The notes: generated by a model from the sequence alone, not told the origin. A stretch of 64,000 nucleotides of DNA from an uncultured virus (IMG/VR IMGVR_UViG_3300032307_000957) (IMGVR_UViG_3300032307_000957); one strand, 5' to 3'. Counted from the stretch's first letter, positions 38,767-49,239 are shown. Translations and numbers: made by a program.

Positions 38767-39027
38767 ATGAATCAAGATAACTTCAAAAAATTCTCCGACC
38801 AATATAAACTTGCATTGAAAGAGGTTGTGGGTAAGTATCCCGAAAAGTATGCTTACCATGAAGAAAAAAGAATTGAAGAAGTTGCGGGAAAAATTCTTGA
38901 ATCAATCGAAAAGCGTCCCCTTGGAGTTAATTATGGAGGAGACGCTTTCAAATTGACGGCAAAGAAATTGGGAATCAAACCAACAAGAAAAGCAATCTTT
39001 GAATACTTAGGGATTTTCCTCGGTTGA
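38767..39027 (+). CDS. Hypothetical protein
   Basis: ORF. Confidence 0.65.
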   Translation: MNQDNFKKFSDQYKLALKEVVGKYPEKYAYHEEKRIEEVAGKILESIEKRPLGVNYGGDAFKLTAKKLGIKPTRKAIFEYLGIFLG

Positions 39028-39066
39028 GGAAAGTTATCATAACAGAAAGGTAATTTGGTCAAGAGT

Positions 39067-39360
39067 ATGATTTCTTTGGATGAATTAAAAGAGTTAAGGT
39101 TTCAAAACTTTCTCGATGAAGTAGAAAATAGATTGATAGATTCAATTAGACTTTTACCCAGTGAATCACTTACTTTGAAAGTTTTGAAAGTAAAGTTGAA
39201 TGATTCTTGCGTTCAAGTATATACAAGACCTCAATCCTTTTATAAAGTAACATCAGATGAACTAAATAATTTAGTTAACATTCTGAAAGAAAAAGGTTAT
39301 TCAGTTGAAGTGAAAACTGATGAAAAAGGTGATTCAATATCCATTTCTGGATGGTTGTAA
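39067..39360 (+). CDS. Hypothetical protein, GY..GW family
   Basis: LKELRF...EKGYSV...ISGWL. Confidence 0.7.
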   Translation: MISLDELKELRFQNFLDEVENRLIDSIRLLPSESLTLKVLKVKLNDSCVQVYTRPQSFYKVTSDELNNLVNILKEKGYSVEVKTDEKGDSISISGWL

Positions 39361-39367
39361 AAAAATT

Positions 39368-39670
39368 ATGATGAACTTAGAACAATTAAAAGAATTAAGA
39401 TTTGAAAAGTTGATTCAAAAGATTGAGTCTTTGATCATTGAAAACCTAAACCTAAGCAGTATAGAAATAGGTTGCATTAAGAGAGAATCCTTTACAATCT
39501 TTCCAGGAAAGAAAAGCGGCGAAGGATTTGAAATTGATGAGAAAGAATATAAAAGACTAATTTCTTATCTAACTGAGGAAAAAGGTTATAGTTTATCAGA
39601 GAATAGAATGATTACAGAAGGTTATTCTTACATACTTAGAGTTTATGGTTGGGTTGAAAATTCGTTCTAA
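39368..39670 (+). CDS. Hypothetical protein, GY..GW family
   Basis: LKELRF...EKGYSL...VYGW. Confidence 0.7.
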   Translation: MMNLEQLKELRFEKLIQKIESLIIENLNLSSIEIGCIKRESFTIFPGKKSGEGFEIDEKEYKRLISYLTEEKGYSLSENRMITEGYSYILRVYGWVENSF

Positions 39671-39688
39671 ACAAAAAGGAGAATAATT

Positions 39689-39877
39689 ATGTTGGCGCTA
39701 TTTTTTAAGGTTGGTGGAGTGATTGCATTCACTTGGTTTGCTTGGGTGTTTGCGGCTGTTATTATTACGGTCTTTGGATTTCCGGCAGGGTTCATGATTG
39801 GTAGTTATACAATTGGTTATCCTTTTGTGGCTGCCGTGGTCATGTTTTACTTGACTTGCAAGCTTTCTGTGAGTTAA
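39689..39877 (+). CDS. Small two-TM membrane protein
   Basis: Hydrophobic throughout; AAGGAG RBS. Confidence 0.7.
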   Translation: MLALFFKVGGVIAFTWFAWVFAAVIITVFGFPAGFMIGSYTIGYPFVAAVVMFYLTCKLSVS

Positions 39878-39920
39878 CTTGATTGATTTAACTTGATCGA
39901 GTTGATAGATTACTTAACTT

Positions 39921-39960
39921 AAATAGCTTTAATTAGCTTTAATTAGCTTTAATTAGCTTA
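39921..39960 (+). repeat. 10-bp tandem repeat upstream of tRNA
   Basis: AAATAGCTTT AATTAGCTTT AATTAGCTTT AATTAGCTTA. Confidence 0.8.
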
Positions 39961-39962
39961 AA

Positions 39963-40036
39963 GGGCCTTTAACTCAATTGGTTAGAGTGTTCCGCTCATA
40001 ACGGAAAGGTTAACAGTTCGAGTCTGTTAGGGCCCA
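39963..40036 (+). tRNA. tRNA with CAU anticodon, likely Ile2
   Basis: GGGCCTT/AGGGCCC-A acceptor; TTCCG-CTCATAA-CGGAA. Confidence 0.85.
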
Positions 40037-40049
40037 CAAAAGGATACAT

Positions 40050-40334
40050 ATGGAAACAAATAATTCAAACAATGATTATCAATCTTTAATTGAAGAGATT
40101 GAAAGTGCGGATGATTCTGATGGAGAATTGTTTGCCCGGCTTGTGGCAAAAGGTTTGAGAATCTTGGAAGTGTCGGATATAGACTTGGCTAAAACTTTTT
40201 CTATTAGTCGGTATACGGTTCAAAGGTGGAAAGAAGGGGAAGCTAGTCCTATTCCTGCACTAAGAAAATATGTATATGCTTATCTGAAGTATCTTGCTAA
40301 ATTGAATTCTCTTGCCAAATCTAAATTGGTGTAA
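40050..40334 (+). CDS. XRE-type HTH protein
   Basis: SDIDLAKTFSISRYTVQRWKEGEASP. Confidence 0.75.
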   Translation: METNNSNNDYQSLIEEIESADDSDGELFARLVAKGLRILEVSDIDLAKTFSISRYTVQRWKEGEASPIPALRKYVYAYLKYLAKLNSLAKSKLV

Positions 40335-40335
40335 C

Positions 40336-40641
40336 ATGAAATACATAAGTTTGCGTGAGTTTACAATAAGTTTGGAAAAAGAACTTCCAATTGGAATTTG
40401 TTCCGAAGATAAATTGGAAAGTGTAATTCGTGAGCTTAAAGCTTGCTTATTGTATGTAGGTGATAAAGAGAGATATTCTTTTACTTTTAGGGACAGAGAA
40501 TATAGTTTCACTTTTGCAAAGCCGGCTCGTTGCCCTGATTGTAAAACCGTTGGAGACTTGCTATCCTTTAATAGGGATGAATCAAAAGAAGATTGTTATT
40601 CAGTTGATTTGGTAGAAACTGAAGTTGGAGATATTCTATGA
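40336..40641 (+). CDS. Hypothetical protein
   Basis: ORF, start reassigned. Confidence 0.6.
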   Translation: MKYISLREFTISLEKELPIGICSEDKLESVIRELKACLLYVGDKERYSFTFRDREYSFTFAKPARCPDCKTVGDLLSFNRDESKEDCYSVDLVETEVGDIL

Positions 40642-40755
40642 ATATCAAAGAAATTGAAACATACACAATCCGTTTTGATTATCTTAAAGAAGATGGTTAT
40701 TGGAAAAGAAACCAAGAAGTTGATATAACTCTTGTATCATATAATTGAGAAAAAT

Positions 40756-40914
40756 ATGAGCCGAACAATTAAAGGAAAGAAATCTCCCGGACATGAATAT
40801 TGGACAAACCGTCCTTTGAATTATTCGGGAGGGAATCCCGGGAAAGAAACCAAGAAACTCACCAATCGTATTGAAAGAAGAACTTTCAAACAAAAAAAGA
40901 TTGAAGAAGAATGA
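40756..40914 (+). CDS. Small basic hypothetical protein
   Basis: MSRTIKGKKSPGHEYW. Confidence 0.6.
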   Translation: MSRTIKGKKSPGHEYWTNRPLNYSGGNPGKETKKLTNRIERRTFKQKKIEEE

Positions 40915-41180
40915 AACAATTAAGATAACATAAATATCCCATTCAAGTCGTTACTCAAACTTATTTAGGTAAAGAGTGTGAATTAACAAAATTCACTATT
41001 CTGAATAACCAAAGTAAAGTAATCCTTGAAACGACATTATCCACTCATGGCCATAACCCTCTAGAGTTTTTGCAAAGTATATGTCTGGCAATCATCGAGG
41101 ATACTATTGACTTGCATACACCAGATAAAGATACCGAAGAAAGGGCTGCTTACCATAAAAAGCACGGCCATCCCTTATAA
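40911..41180 (+). pseudogene. ORF with in-frame TAA at codon 6
   Basis: ATGA-coupled start; TAA 40926-40928; frame then open to 41180. Confidence 0.55.
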
Positions 41181-41224
41181 TAACTTATTAAATTAAGTTT
41201 TCATAAAAAGATTGAAGAATAACA

Positions 41225-42375
41225 ATGGAACAAAAACACACTCGCATATCTTTCCCCAATTGGATTAAGATTGAAGATTGCAAGCAAGGATGTATTTATG
41301 CAATTCATGCCAGAAACTTCAAGGTTGGGTTTTTCCACAATGGAATTTTTTATGGAGTGAGATATAAGTGTGGCTCCAAGTTCATCGATAAAGAACTTCA
41401 TTGGGATTCCAAAGGAACGGCAAAACCTTATAAGGAATTGTTGGATGATCTAAATTTTCATCCCGAGAATAATTATAATGAATTGAAAGCAATTTTGGAA
41501 GCTACGGAAGTGGTTTTGGAAAGTTTGGAGATAAAATGAATAAAAGAGAAATTTTTGATCATGTGAAGAATCATTTGATTAAACAAGGAAAGCCATCTGT
41601 AATTCAAAATAAAAATAATTCAAAATTCGTTGAATTTAATTGTGCTTATAGAGGCACAAATGGAACTTCATGTGCAGTTGGATGTTTGATTAAAGATGAG
41701 TATTACTCTGAAGAACTTGAAGGTAGGTTAGTAGAAGCAGAAATTGTATGCCAAGCTTTAAGTAAATCAATTGGAAGAGAAATAAATAATGAAGATATTG
41801 AACTTCTTTTAGAGTTGCAAGAATTGCATGATGATGCTGCTAAAGATACTCAATATTGGGGTCATGTTATGGATGTTGGGTTGGATGAAATTGAGGAAAG
41901 ACATTTTCAATGAAACTAAGTAATCCATTTCGATTTTCAATAAGTCCTTACTTGGTGAGTTTTGGAATAAAGAATTTTTCGGTAATGATAAGATTTCCAT
42001 GGTCATATTCGCTTGATGAATTGAAACACATTCATTATTATATATTCTGTTACTCGGAAGCAAGCGATGGATATTTTGGAAGGTTATTGGGAGTAGAGTT
42101 CTATTTGATGAAAGAATGATATGAAAAATATAAGCGAATCAGAAGAGGTAAAAAAAGCTAGGGAGCGATTAGAAAAAACTGAATATAGAACTGGCAATCA
42201 GCTAGCTTTTATTTTTATATTTATAATCTGTTGCGAGGTTTTGTTTTTAATTTTCTCTATTATTGATAAGGTTTCAAAGTTAAACATTCCAAGAAATTTT
42301 ATGGAAATTATTCCAATATCATTGGTTGTTTTGTTTTTATTGGGACATTTGGTGGTTTCTAATTTCAAGAAATAA
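41225..42375 (+). other. Four hypothetical genes (41225-41539, 41536-41913, 41910-42119, 42121-42375)
   Basis: Coupled ORFs; 41536 has CAYRG..CAVGCLI; 42121 has two TM segments. Confidence 0.65.
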
Positions 42376-42406
42376 GAATTGATCTTAACTTAAAATTGTT
42401 ATATAT

Positions 42407-42810
42407 GGGCCCTTGGCGGAATTGGCAGACGCGACGGACTTCTAGGGTAAGAATGAGTAATTTTCATATACTTACCTAGCGGAGCTTCTCAATAGAAATA
42501 TTGAAGATAGAACTGGGAGAATTGCTGGGAAACCCTTAAGATATAGTTACCACAACATAATTGGAAACAATAAGTGTGAAGGTTTAAGAAAACTATATAT
42601 TGGGCAATCAGCAGCCGAGCCTCTTTGAAATGAGGAAGGTTCAGAGACTACTTGAGAATACAAGAATAAGTACCCGGCACCTTAACATATAAATATGAAG
42701 GTGATGATATAGTCCAGACCACAAATCATAAAATGATGTTTAAGAAATTAAATGTGGTAAGAAAATCCGTTGCCTTTACAGGCGTCCCGGTTCGACCCCG
42801 GGAGGGCCCA
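42407..42810 (+). tRNA. tRNA-Leu(UAA) split by a group I intron (exons 42407-42441 and 42762-42810)
   Basis: Joined exons give ACGGA-CTTAAAA-TCCGT and acceptor GGGCCCT/AGGGCCC-A. Confidence 0.9.
42442..42761 (+). mobile_element. Group I intron, 320 nt, no ORF
   Basis: Core AATTGCTGGGAAA, AATCAGCAG, GTTCAGAGACTA, GATATAGTCC; exon ends in U, intron ends in G. Confidence 0.9.
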
Positions 42811-42858
42811 CAAACATAAATGTGTTAAATTGAAATAAGTTAATTATAAGGATTCAAA

Positions 42859-43305
42859 ATGAAAAACATTATTATTCTGATTGGAAGTTTAATGATGATG
42901 GGATGTTATCCGGCAACGGAATGGGTTGTATCGGAAGATAATGATCCCGAGTTTATTGAAGCGGTAAAGAAAGCCAATGAAGCATGGTGCGAGCATAATG
43001 CAAAGCCATGTTTACCTTTCCGAATTGGAGATGATGCAAATATTATTTATCGGGTCACCGATGATAAAAGTTACATTGGTTTGACTTGGGTGGAAGCATT
43101 CCAAAGCAATAAAATCCTTATCAGTAGTTTGTGTCCAAAGATTTCATGGGCATGGACGATTGCTCATGAAATGGGGCATGCTTCAACAAACGTTCAAGGT
43201 CATGCAAATTCTAAAGGAGTAATGTCATCTGATGCTGTTCCTTATTCTGAAAGAGAAATACCTGTAATTACAAAAGAAGATTTGGATTTGGTGAACGGAG
43301 AATAA
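42859..43305 (+). CDS. Lipoprotein zinc metallopeptidase
   Basis: Lipobox-like MMGC; AHEMGHA.....GH; GVM turn. Confidence 0.7.
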   Translation: MKNIIILIGSLMMMGCYPATEWVVSEDNDPEFIEAVKKANEAWCEHNAKPCLPFRIGDDANIIYRVTDDKSYIGLTWVEAFQSNKILISSLCPKISWAWTIAHEMGHASTNVQGHANSKGVMSSDAVPYSEREIPVITKEDLDLVNGE

Positions 43306-43623
43306 ATATATGAAAGCAAATTATTATCTTTTGATTCCGGTTCATATTCCCGAAAAGGATTCGGGGGATAAAAAGGAAATTCAATCGAAAACTCCAAATG
43401 AAAATTATCGCAACAATTATGAAACAATCTTTGGAAAGAACAAGGTTGGTTCGGCATAATACATAAAAAGGAAATATGAAAGATTACATTGTTTACGTGG
43501 ACGGAAATCGGGTTGGAAAGATTAAGGCTGCAAACATGAATGCGGCGGAAAAGAAAGCAAAGTCCAAGTATCCAAAGGATAAAGATAAAATTTGGGTTGA
43601 ACCAACCGAGTTTTGAAAGTATT

Positions 43624-43992
43624 ATGGAAAATAAATATAAAAATGACGCGGAGTTATTTAAAGATATAACCAACAAAGCTTTATTGAGAAAACAAATTAG
43701 CGTAAATAATTACGCGGAAGATTTGTATGAAAAAATAAAGCATAACATTCGCTCATTGGCTAATGATGGCAAGGAGGTTATGTATTATGAATTCGACGAA
43801 TCTGATGAACTTAAAAAAGTATTTTTCGAGTATTTCAAAGTACAAGGTGTAACAATTTCTAAAAATGACCCAAGAATAAATAACAGACTGGAAGAGTTTG
43901 AAAGATTCTTCATTGGTTTTTTGGAAGGAAAAGGTTTTCGAGCGGGTAGAGCAGAACCGCGTCTAATTGGTAAAATCGTAATTCGTTGGTAA
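43624..43992 (+). CDS. Hypothetical protein, distant GY..GW family
   Basis: LEGKGF...IVIRW; start reassigned. Confidence 0.6.
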   Translation: MENKYKNDAELFKDITNKALLRKQISVNNYAEDLYEKIKHNIRSLANDGKEVMYYEFDESDELKKVFFEYFKVQGVTISKNDPRINNRLEEFERFFIGFLEGKGFRAGRAEPRLIGKIVIRW

Positions 43993-44057
43993 TGGTCTTT
44001 CATCCATCCTAATAATCCATTGGGATGGAAATTAAGCTCATAACAAAGGATAAATAA

Positions 44058-44417
44058 ATGCACTTAACTCAAATATCATTGATAAGATTCAGAAATAGAT
44101 TGTTCAGAATCAATCAAAATTCTTGGCCATATACAAATATTTCCTTCATGGATAATTTGATTCGAGACATTTATTTCTTGAATCGAATTTCCGGAGCAAA
44201 TCTAAATTGTCGTCAATGGACAATTGATACAATTAGAAATTATGAAGTGAATAGATTGATTAGTAATGGCGAAAGATTCATTCAAAGATTTCTAGAATTG
44301 GAATCTGAATTGAATGCCGAATATGATTCTGCAAATTACAGAAATCGTGATGGTTCTATAGCTAATAGAATTAGAGATCATTATGGTGCATTACCATATA
44401 TGAATGAGGTTATATGA
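44058..44417 (+). CDS. Hypothetical protein
   Basis: AAGGA RBS; ends MNEVI. Confidence 0.65.
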   Translation: MHLTQISLIRFRNRLFRINQNSWPYTNISFMDNLIRDIYFLNRISGANLNCRQWTIDTIRNYEVNRLISNGERFIQRFLELESELNAEYDSANYRNRDGSIANRIRDHYGALPYMNEVI

Positions 44418-44938
44418 AAACTTTCACACAAAAACAAAACTTGATTCGTAAAGCTATTGATATAGCTTACGCGAAACATTCGAAACAAACAAGAAAAGCA
44501 TCAAGTGATCCATACATTAACCATCCAATCATGGTAAGTTACACGGTATCAAATTTCAAGAAGTCCAAGAATATTCATGAATTGATTATTGCGGCAATTC
44601 TTCATGATACATTGGAGGACACAAATTTGAAACCTGAGTATATCACGAAGCATTTTGGAAAACTTGTTTCATCTTTGGTATTCGAGTTGACGGATGATAA
44701 GGACAGAATCAAATCTGAAGGCAAGGTAGAGTATCAAAAAAGTAAGTGGGTTGGTTTGAGTTCTTATGGTTTGTATATCAAGTTGTGCGATAGATTGTGT
44801 AATGTTCTTGATAATCCAAAACCTGAATATAAATTGAACACAATTCAAATATTGAAACATTTGAAACAAAAGAGAAAATTAAGTGGATCGCACAAAGCGG
44901 TGATTGTTGAGATTGAGAAAGCGTGTGAAGGAATTTAA
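44414..44938 (+). CDS. HD-domain hydrolase, small alarmone hydrolase/Mesh1-like
   Basis: H..QTRK...PYINHP, AAILHDTLEDT, ELTDDK, IKLCDRLCN. Confidence 0.88.
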   Translation: MKTFTQKQNLIRKAIDIAYAKHSKQTRKASSDPYINHPIMVSYTVSNFKKSKNIHELIIAAILHDTLEDTNLKPEYITKHFGKLVSSLVFELTDDKDRIKSEGKVEYQKSKWVGLSSYGLYIKLCDRLCNVLDNPKPEYKLNTIQILKHLKQKRKLSGSHKAVIVEIEKACEGI

Positions 44939-44941
44939 TTT

Positions 44942-45268
44942 ATGATTAGACATAACTTAGATTTAGAAGTCAGACATAAATTAGATTTAAGGAATAAAAG
45001 ATATTCCGAAAAAGAATTGGAAGATAATTGTCATTTATTTGATAAAGTTGATTGGTATGATATTTCTGAATTTCAAGAGTTATCTGGAAAATTTATTGAA
45101 AAACATTCAGGTAAAGTTAGTTGGGGAGGTATTTCTTTTTGTCAAAAATTATCAGATAATTTCATTAAAAAACATATAGAAAAAATTGATATTTATTGGT
45201 TATTAGGAAATGAAAATATTTCTGAAAAAACTAAAGAAGAAATTAAGACTTTAAAAGAAATCATATAA
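44942..45268 (+). CDS. Trp-repeat protein (KEII tail)
   Basis: Duplicated RHxLDL N-terminus; TLKEII. Confidence 0.85.
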   Translation: MIRHNLDLEVRHKLDLRNKRYSEKELEDNCHLFDKVDWYDISEFQELSGKFIEKHSGKVSWGGISFCQKLSDNFIKKHIEKIDIYWLLGNENISEKTKEEIKTLKEII

Positions 45269-45269
45269 T

Positions 45270-46418
45270 ATGATTAGAAACCAGATTGATGAAGATTTTC
45301 ATCCGGACGATTGGCCGATTCCAAGAGAATGGGATTCATATTCAAAAGATGAGTTATTTTTTCTTGGGTTAAATGAAGCTAGAATTATGAAATATTGCGG
45401 AATGGGAGGAGAGAAAGAATCCAATTATTCCAAGGCGGAGTGGAAGTTTATTTTGGAGTGCAGGAAGATTGGCTTGAAGTTCTTTAAAAGACAGACCACA
45501 ATGGCTTTATATGGATTAAAATCATAAGAGGAAATGAGAGTTATTATGACTGATGATATGGATTTTAGTTGGCTTAGGTTTACAATCACAAAAACATCTG
45601 ACCCTAATCTTTCCAAATATTTAAGTGTTCCAATGAATTATTTCAAAATCAGAAAGTTGGTTAAAAAATCAATTGAAGATGGTTTTGATGATACTTCTGT
45701 GTTTTGCACTGACTTTCTTAGGGTATATATGGATATTCCTTTTATTTCAAAAGGAAAAAGGATTGACGAATCAATAGATAATGTTTATCTTAGTGAAGAA
45801 TTTTTTTATAAGCTAGGAAAAGATGATGAAAGCATCAAACATGATCTTGAATGCCTTGGAGGGGTTGATGGCGCTATCTTTATTTTGAAGGTCCTATGTG
45901 CAAAGGGGAATCCGCATACGCTATCAAGCGCAATTGAGTTTTTGCAAAAACTATAATTGTAAAAAAAAAGAATATTGGATTAAAATTATTCAATAAAAAA
46001 CAAAACTGAAAGATAAAACATGGGCACACGTTCAACAATTGCGGTTAAAGATGGGAATAATATCACTTGGGTTTATTGTCATTGGGATGGTTATTTAGAT
46101 CATAATGGCAAGCTGCTATTTGAAAATTATAATAGTAAAGAAAAGGCTCTCCAATTAGTTAGTCACGGGAATATGTCTTCACTTGGAAAAACAATTGGAG
46201 AAAAGATTGACTTTAACAAGGTTCCTCCTGACCATGAAGGGTGCATTTTTTATTGTAGAGATAGGGGTGAAAACCTTCAAATTCAAAAATGTTTTCTTGT
46301 GTATGAGATTGAAAAAGAAAAATACAATTATGTATTTGATTGCGGAGAGAATAGGTGGCTTTTCTTTATTGGGGAAAATCATCATAATTTGCAAGACTTA
46401 GAGTCGACCTTAAAGTAA
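45270..46418 (+). other. Three hypothetical genes (45270-45527, 45534-45956, 46020-46418)
   Basis: 46020 has MGTRS...YCHWDGY, a recurrent phage motif. Confidence 0.65.
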
Positions 46419-46457
46419 ATAAATTAAATTGTAAGCATATAACTTAACTTAAAATTC

Positions 46458-46818
46458 GGGACATTAGCTCAGTTGGTAGAGCTGCGGACTTTTGAAAAAA
46501 TAGAAGCGCATCATAGCAATATGGTGATGAAAATCTCGCTATATGCTGGAAACCCCTAAAGCTATTGGTACGTGTAAACGTAACAATTCAATAGATGTAA
46601 CAATGGGCAATCAGCAGGAAACTTTGAAAAAAGGCTCCTCAGAGACTTGTATAAGTAAAATTATACTTTATGAATGGTAACATTTGTAAACACGCGAGAC
46701 TCCCTTTATAGGGATGATGATATAGTCCAGACCACAACATTACAATAATGTAATGATTTATGAAAGTAAATGTGGTAAAGTAATCCGTAGGTCGTCCGTT
46801 CGAACCGGACATGTCCCA
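46458..46818 (+). tRNA. tRNA-Lys(UUU) split by a group I intron (exons 46458-46492 and 46781-46818)
   Basis: Joined exons give GCGGA-CTTTTAA-TCCGT and acceptor GGGACAT/ATGTCCC-A. Confidence 0.88.
46493..46780 (+). mobile_element. Group I intron, 288 nt, no ORF
   Basis: TATGCTGGAAA, AATCAGCAGG, CTCAGAGACT, GATATAGTCC; P1 CTTTT/AGAAG with U-G at 46492; terminal G. Confidence 0.88.
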
Positions 46819-46844
46819 CAAATATAAAAACGAAAGTTAAAAGA

Positions 46845-47090
46845 ATGATTCATAAAAAAAGAATTTTGGACATGAAACTTGGAATGATTCATGAGCCAAT
46901 AAATTCGGAAGAAAATATTCAATGGAATAAAGGAATCCGAGCTTGCATGGTTTCATACATTCAAGGATTGTTTCGAGATAAAGAAATTTCGATTGAAGAG
47001 TATCGAGAATTGGAAAAGATTATTCATGAAGAATATATTCCGAATAACGAACGAGGAATTGAATTGATGAATAATTTGAGGAAGAAGTAA
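46845..47090 (+). CDS. Hypothetical protein
   Basis: ORF. Confidence 0.6.
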   Translation: MIHKKRILDMKLGMIHEPINSEENIQWNKGIRACMVSYIQGLFRDKEISIEEYRELEKIIHEEYIPNNERGIELMNNLRKK

Positions 47091-47097
47091 AGATATT

Positions 47098-47403
47098 ATG
47101 GAATACACAGGATTTGACTTAAAGAAACTTTCGTATTATAACGAAGAATAATATAATGATCTTTGCGAGTTTTTAAACAAAGATACATCTTGCATTAGGG
47201 TTTATGATTTTTATTCGGTTGAAGAAAAATTCAGAAAATATTTTCCCTTTTGCGGCGGAGATGAGGATTGGTTTATTATTGTTCCGAAAGAATCTACTTA
47301 TAAAGATAGATTAGAGATTTTAATTAATTCATACTCATATTCTTATGAAGATTGTGATAAGTATGCTTTTGAAGAAGTTATTGTTATGATCCTTGATCAT
47401 TAA
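47098..47403 (+). pseudogene. ORF with in-frame TAA at codon 18
   Basis: ATG 47098; TAA 47149-47151; same frame open to 47403. Confidence 0.55.
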
Positions 47404-47526
47404 TTCCAAAGGTTGGTAATATGGCAAAATCAATTCATTGTAAATGTACTCAATCATATACATGCAAATACTGCGTAGATAACAGAAAACCATATTTTTT
47501 CACACATTAAATAAAAAGAGATAAAA

Positions 47527-47988
47527 ATGAAAACAAAAGTAAGCTTCAGATTGAAATCTGGTAAGTATGTTATCAGCGACATTTGTTATGTCATCAAAGA
47601 TGATGATCGGAATGATCTGATTAATTATTATTATCAAAGTGAATTTTTCACCAAAGGTCTTGATAAACCTTATTATTTTAAGGGGATGATTTTTTGGGAA
47701 GGTAAAACCAAGTGGGGAGATGGTTGTTATTCTTTGAAAAACAAAGAAACAAATGAATCTTATGATGTTCCGGTTGATTCCGGTTACATTGGAATTATTT
47801 GTTTGGATGGAAACGAAGATAAGCTTAAATCAATTGATAAAGAGCTTTCGAATGTTTTTGAATTTGAGGAAGATTTCATTGTAACATATGATGGAACAAA
47901 CTTTTCTTTTGGACAATATGAAGTTTCTACCGACTTTGATTCGGAAGAAGACTATGAAGATGAAGAATGGTTCTTCGAAGAAGAATAG
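47527..47988 (+). CDS. Hypothetical protein with acidic tail
   Basis: SGKYVISDICY, TKWGDGCY, VDSGYIG. Confidence 0.7.
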   Translation: MKTKVSFRLKSGKYVISDICYVIKDDDRNDLINYYYQSEFFTKGLDKPYYFKGMIFWEGKTKWGDGCYSLKNKETNESYDVPVDSGYIGIICLDGNEDKLKSIDKELSNVFEFEEDFIVTYDGTNFSFGQYEVSTDFDSEEDYEDEEWFFEEE

Positions 47989-48020
47989 AAAGCACTGATT
48001 AAATAGAATAACAAAACATT

Positions 48021-48449
48021 ATGAAGAAAATTAAAAAAGCAATATTTTTGGATATTGACGGTGTGTTAAAACCATTTGGGCAAAAAGACTTAAGCAAAGT
48101 TTGCGTTAAAAATCTTCATGATGTTTTGGTTGCAACCGGAGCTTTTGTAATTATCAGCTCCGATTGGAGAATTGGTGGAATTGGAATCGGTTCGGACTTG
48201 CATAAAAAGCTATTGCAGGCTGATGGTGGTTCGATTTTTAATCGAATCATTGGCGCAACCGACATTAATGATAAATCCAGAAGAGATCAAATTAATGACT
48301 TCATGGTCAATAATGGAGATATTTTTGATATTGATCATAAGATTGTGGTTATTGATGATGATTCGGATGTTGGAGATATTGTTACAGCACCTTCGCTTGG
48401 ATTTACATCTGATTGTGCGGATAGAGTTTTGAAATGGCTTGAGGATTAA
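48021..48449 (+). CDS. HAD-superfamily phosphatase (RNA-repair-associated type)
   Basis: IFLDIDGVL, ISSDWR, VVIDDD. Confidence 0.8.
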   Translation: MKKIKKAIFLDIDGVLKPFGQKDLSKVCVKNLHDVLVATGAFVIISSDWRIGGIGIGSDLHKKLLQADGGSIFNRIIGATDINDKSRRDQINDFMVNNGDIFDIDHKIVVIDDDSDVGDIVTAPSLGFTSDCADRVLKWLED

Positions 48450-48469
48450 ATGTTAGAAGGAATAAAGAG

Positions 48470-49220
48470 ATGAAGTATAATTATGATGGTGCTGTAAGAG
48501 CAATTGAAAAAGAAGATTTAGTTGTAGGAAATGTTGTAAGAATGGTTCATGAAAATGGATTGTTTTCCGCTCCATTTTCCGATTGCATTATTTCAAAAAT
48601 CGAAGATGATGAAGTTTATTTGAATCGTCCAGGTTTTTCTAATAAACTTTACATGGAACAATTTTCTGCTCTTATTTCTAATCTAGTTCTTTCTGATAAA
48701 TGGATGTTGGTTTTGGAAGCATCTGGAAAACCATATAATTGTAAAAACCTACAGAAATATTAAATAACCTGTAATTTACATATACAATCATTTAAAAAAT
48801 ATGCACATCACAAATAATACGTACATTAGTTATAGTGGAAATCTTCCTATTGAAATCCAGAATCATCCTGGTTTCAAGTTTTTGGTTCTGTTAACCTCTG
48901 ATAGTTACAATCAAAATATTCCAGTATCTAGAGATGATGAAGATTTGAATTTGGTTTATAAACAAATTGACCCTCAAAGTAATAATTTGGATTTTTTGAG
49001 AAACACCGTTGATTTGTTAAATGTCATGGGTTGCATGAATAAATTAGTAAGTTTGAGAGACCATATGCCAAAAGAATGGCTGGACGGGGCAACTAGAGAC
49101 AAATATAGGTACGTTCGTCGTTCCGGAGTATTTGCACTTATTATTTCTGAAGTTAACACATACATCGAAAAGAAAAACAATTTTAAGAGACTTTCTTTGA
49201 AGTGGTTTTCTTCTATTTAA
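48470..49220 (+). other. Two hypothetical genes (48470-48763, 48801-49220)
   Basis: ORFs in co-directional run. Confidence 0.6.
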
Positions 49221-49239
49221 TTATTTATAAAGGATTTAT

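Noticed and set aside
26007..47403. Stop-codon reassignment suggested by in-frame TAG and TAA
   Set aside because: TAG, TAA and TGA all end well-conserved genes; long enzymes have no internal stops; the breaks are isolated and of different codons.
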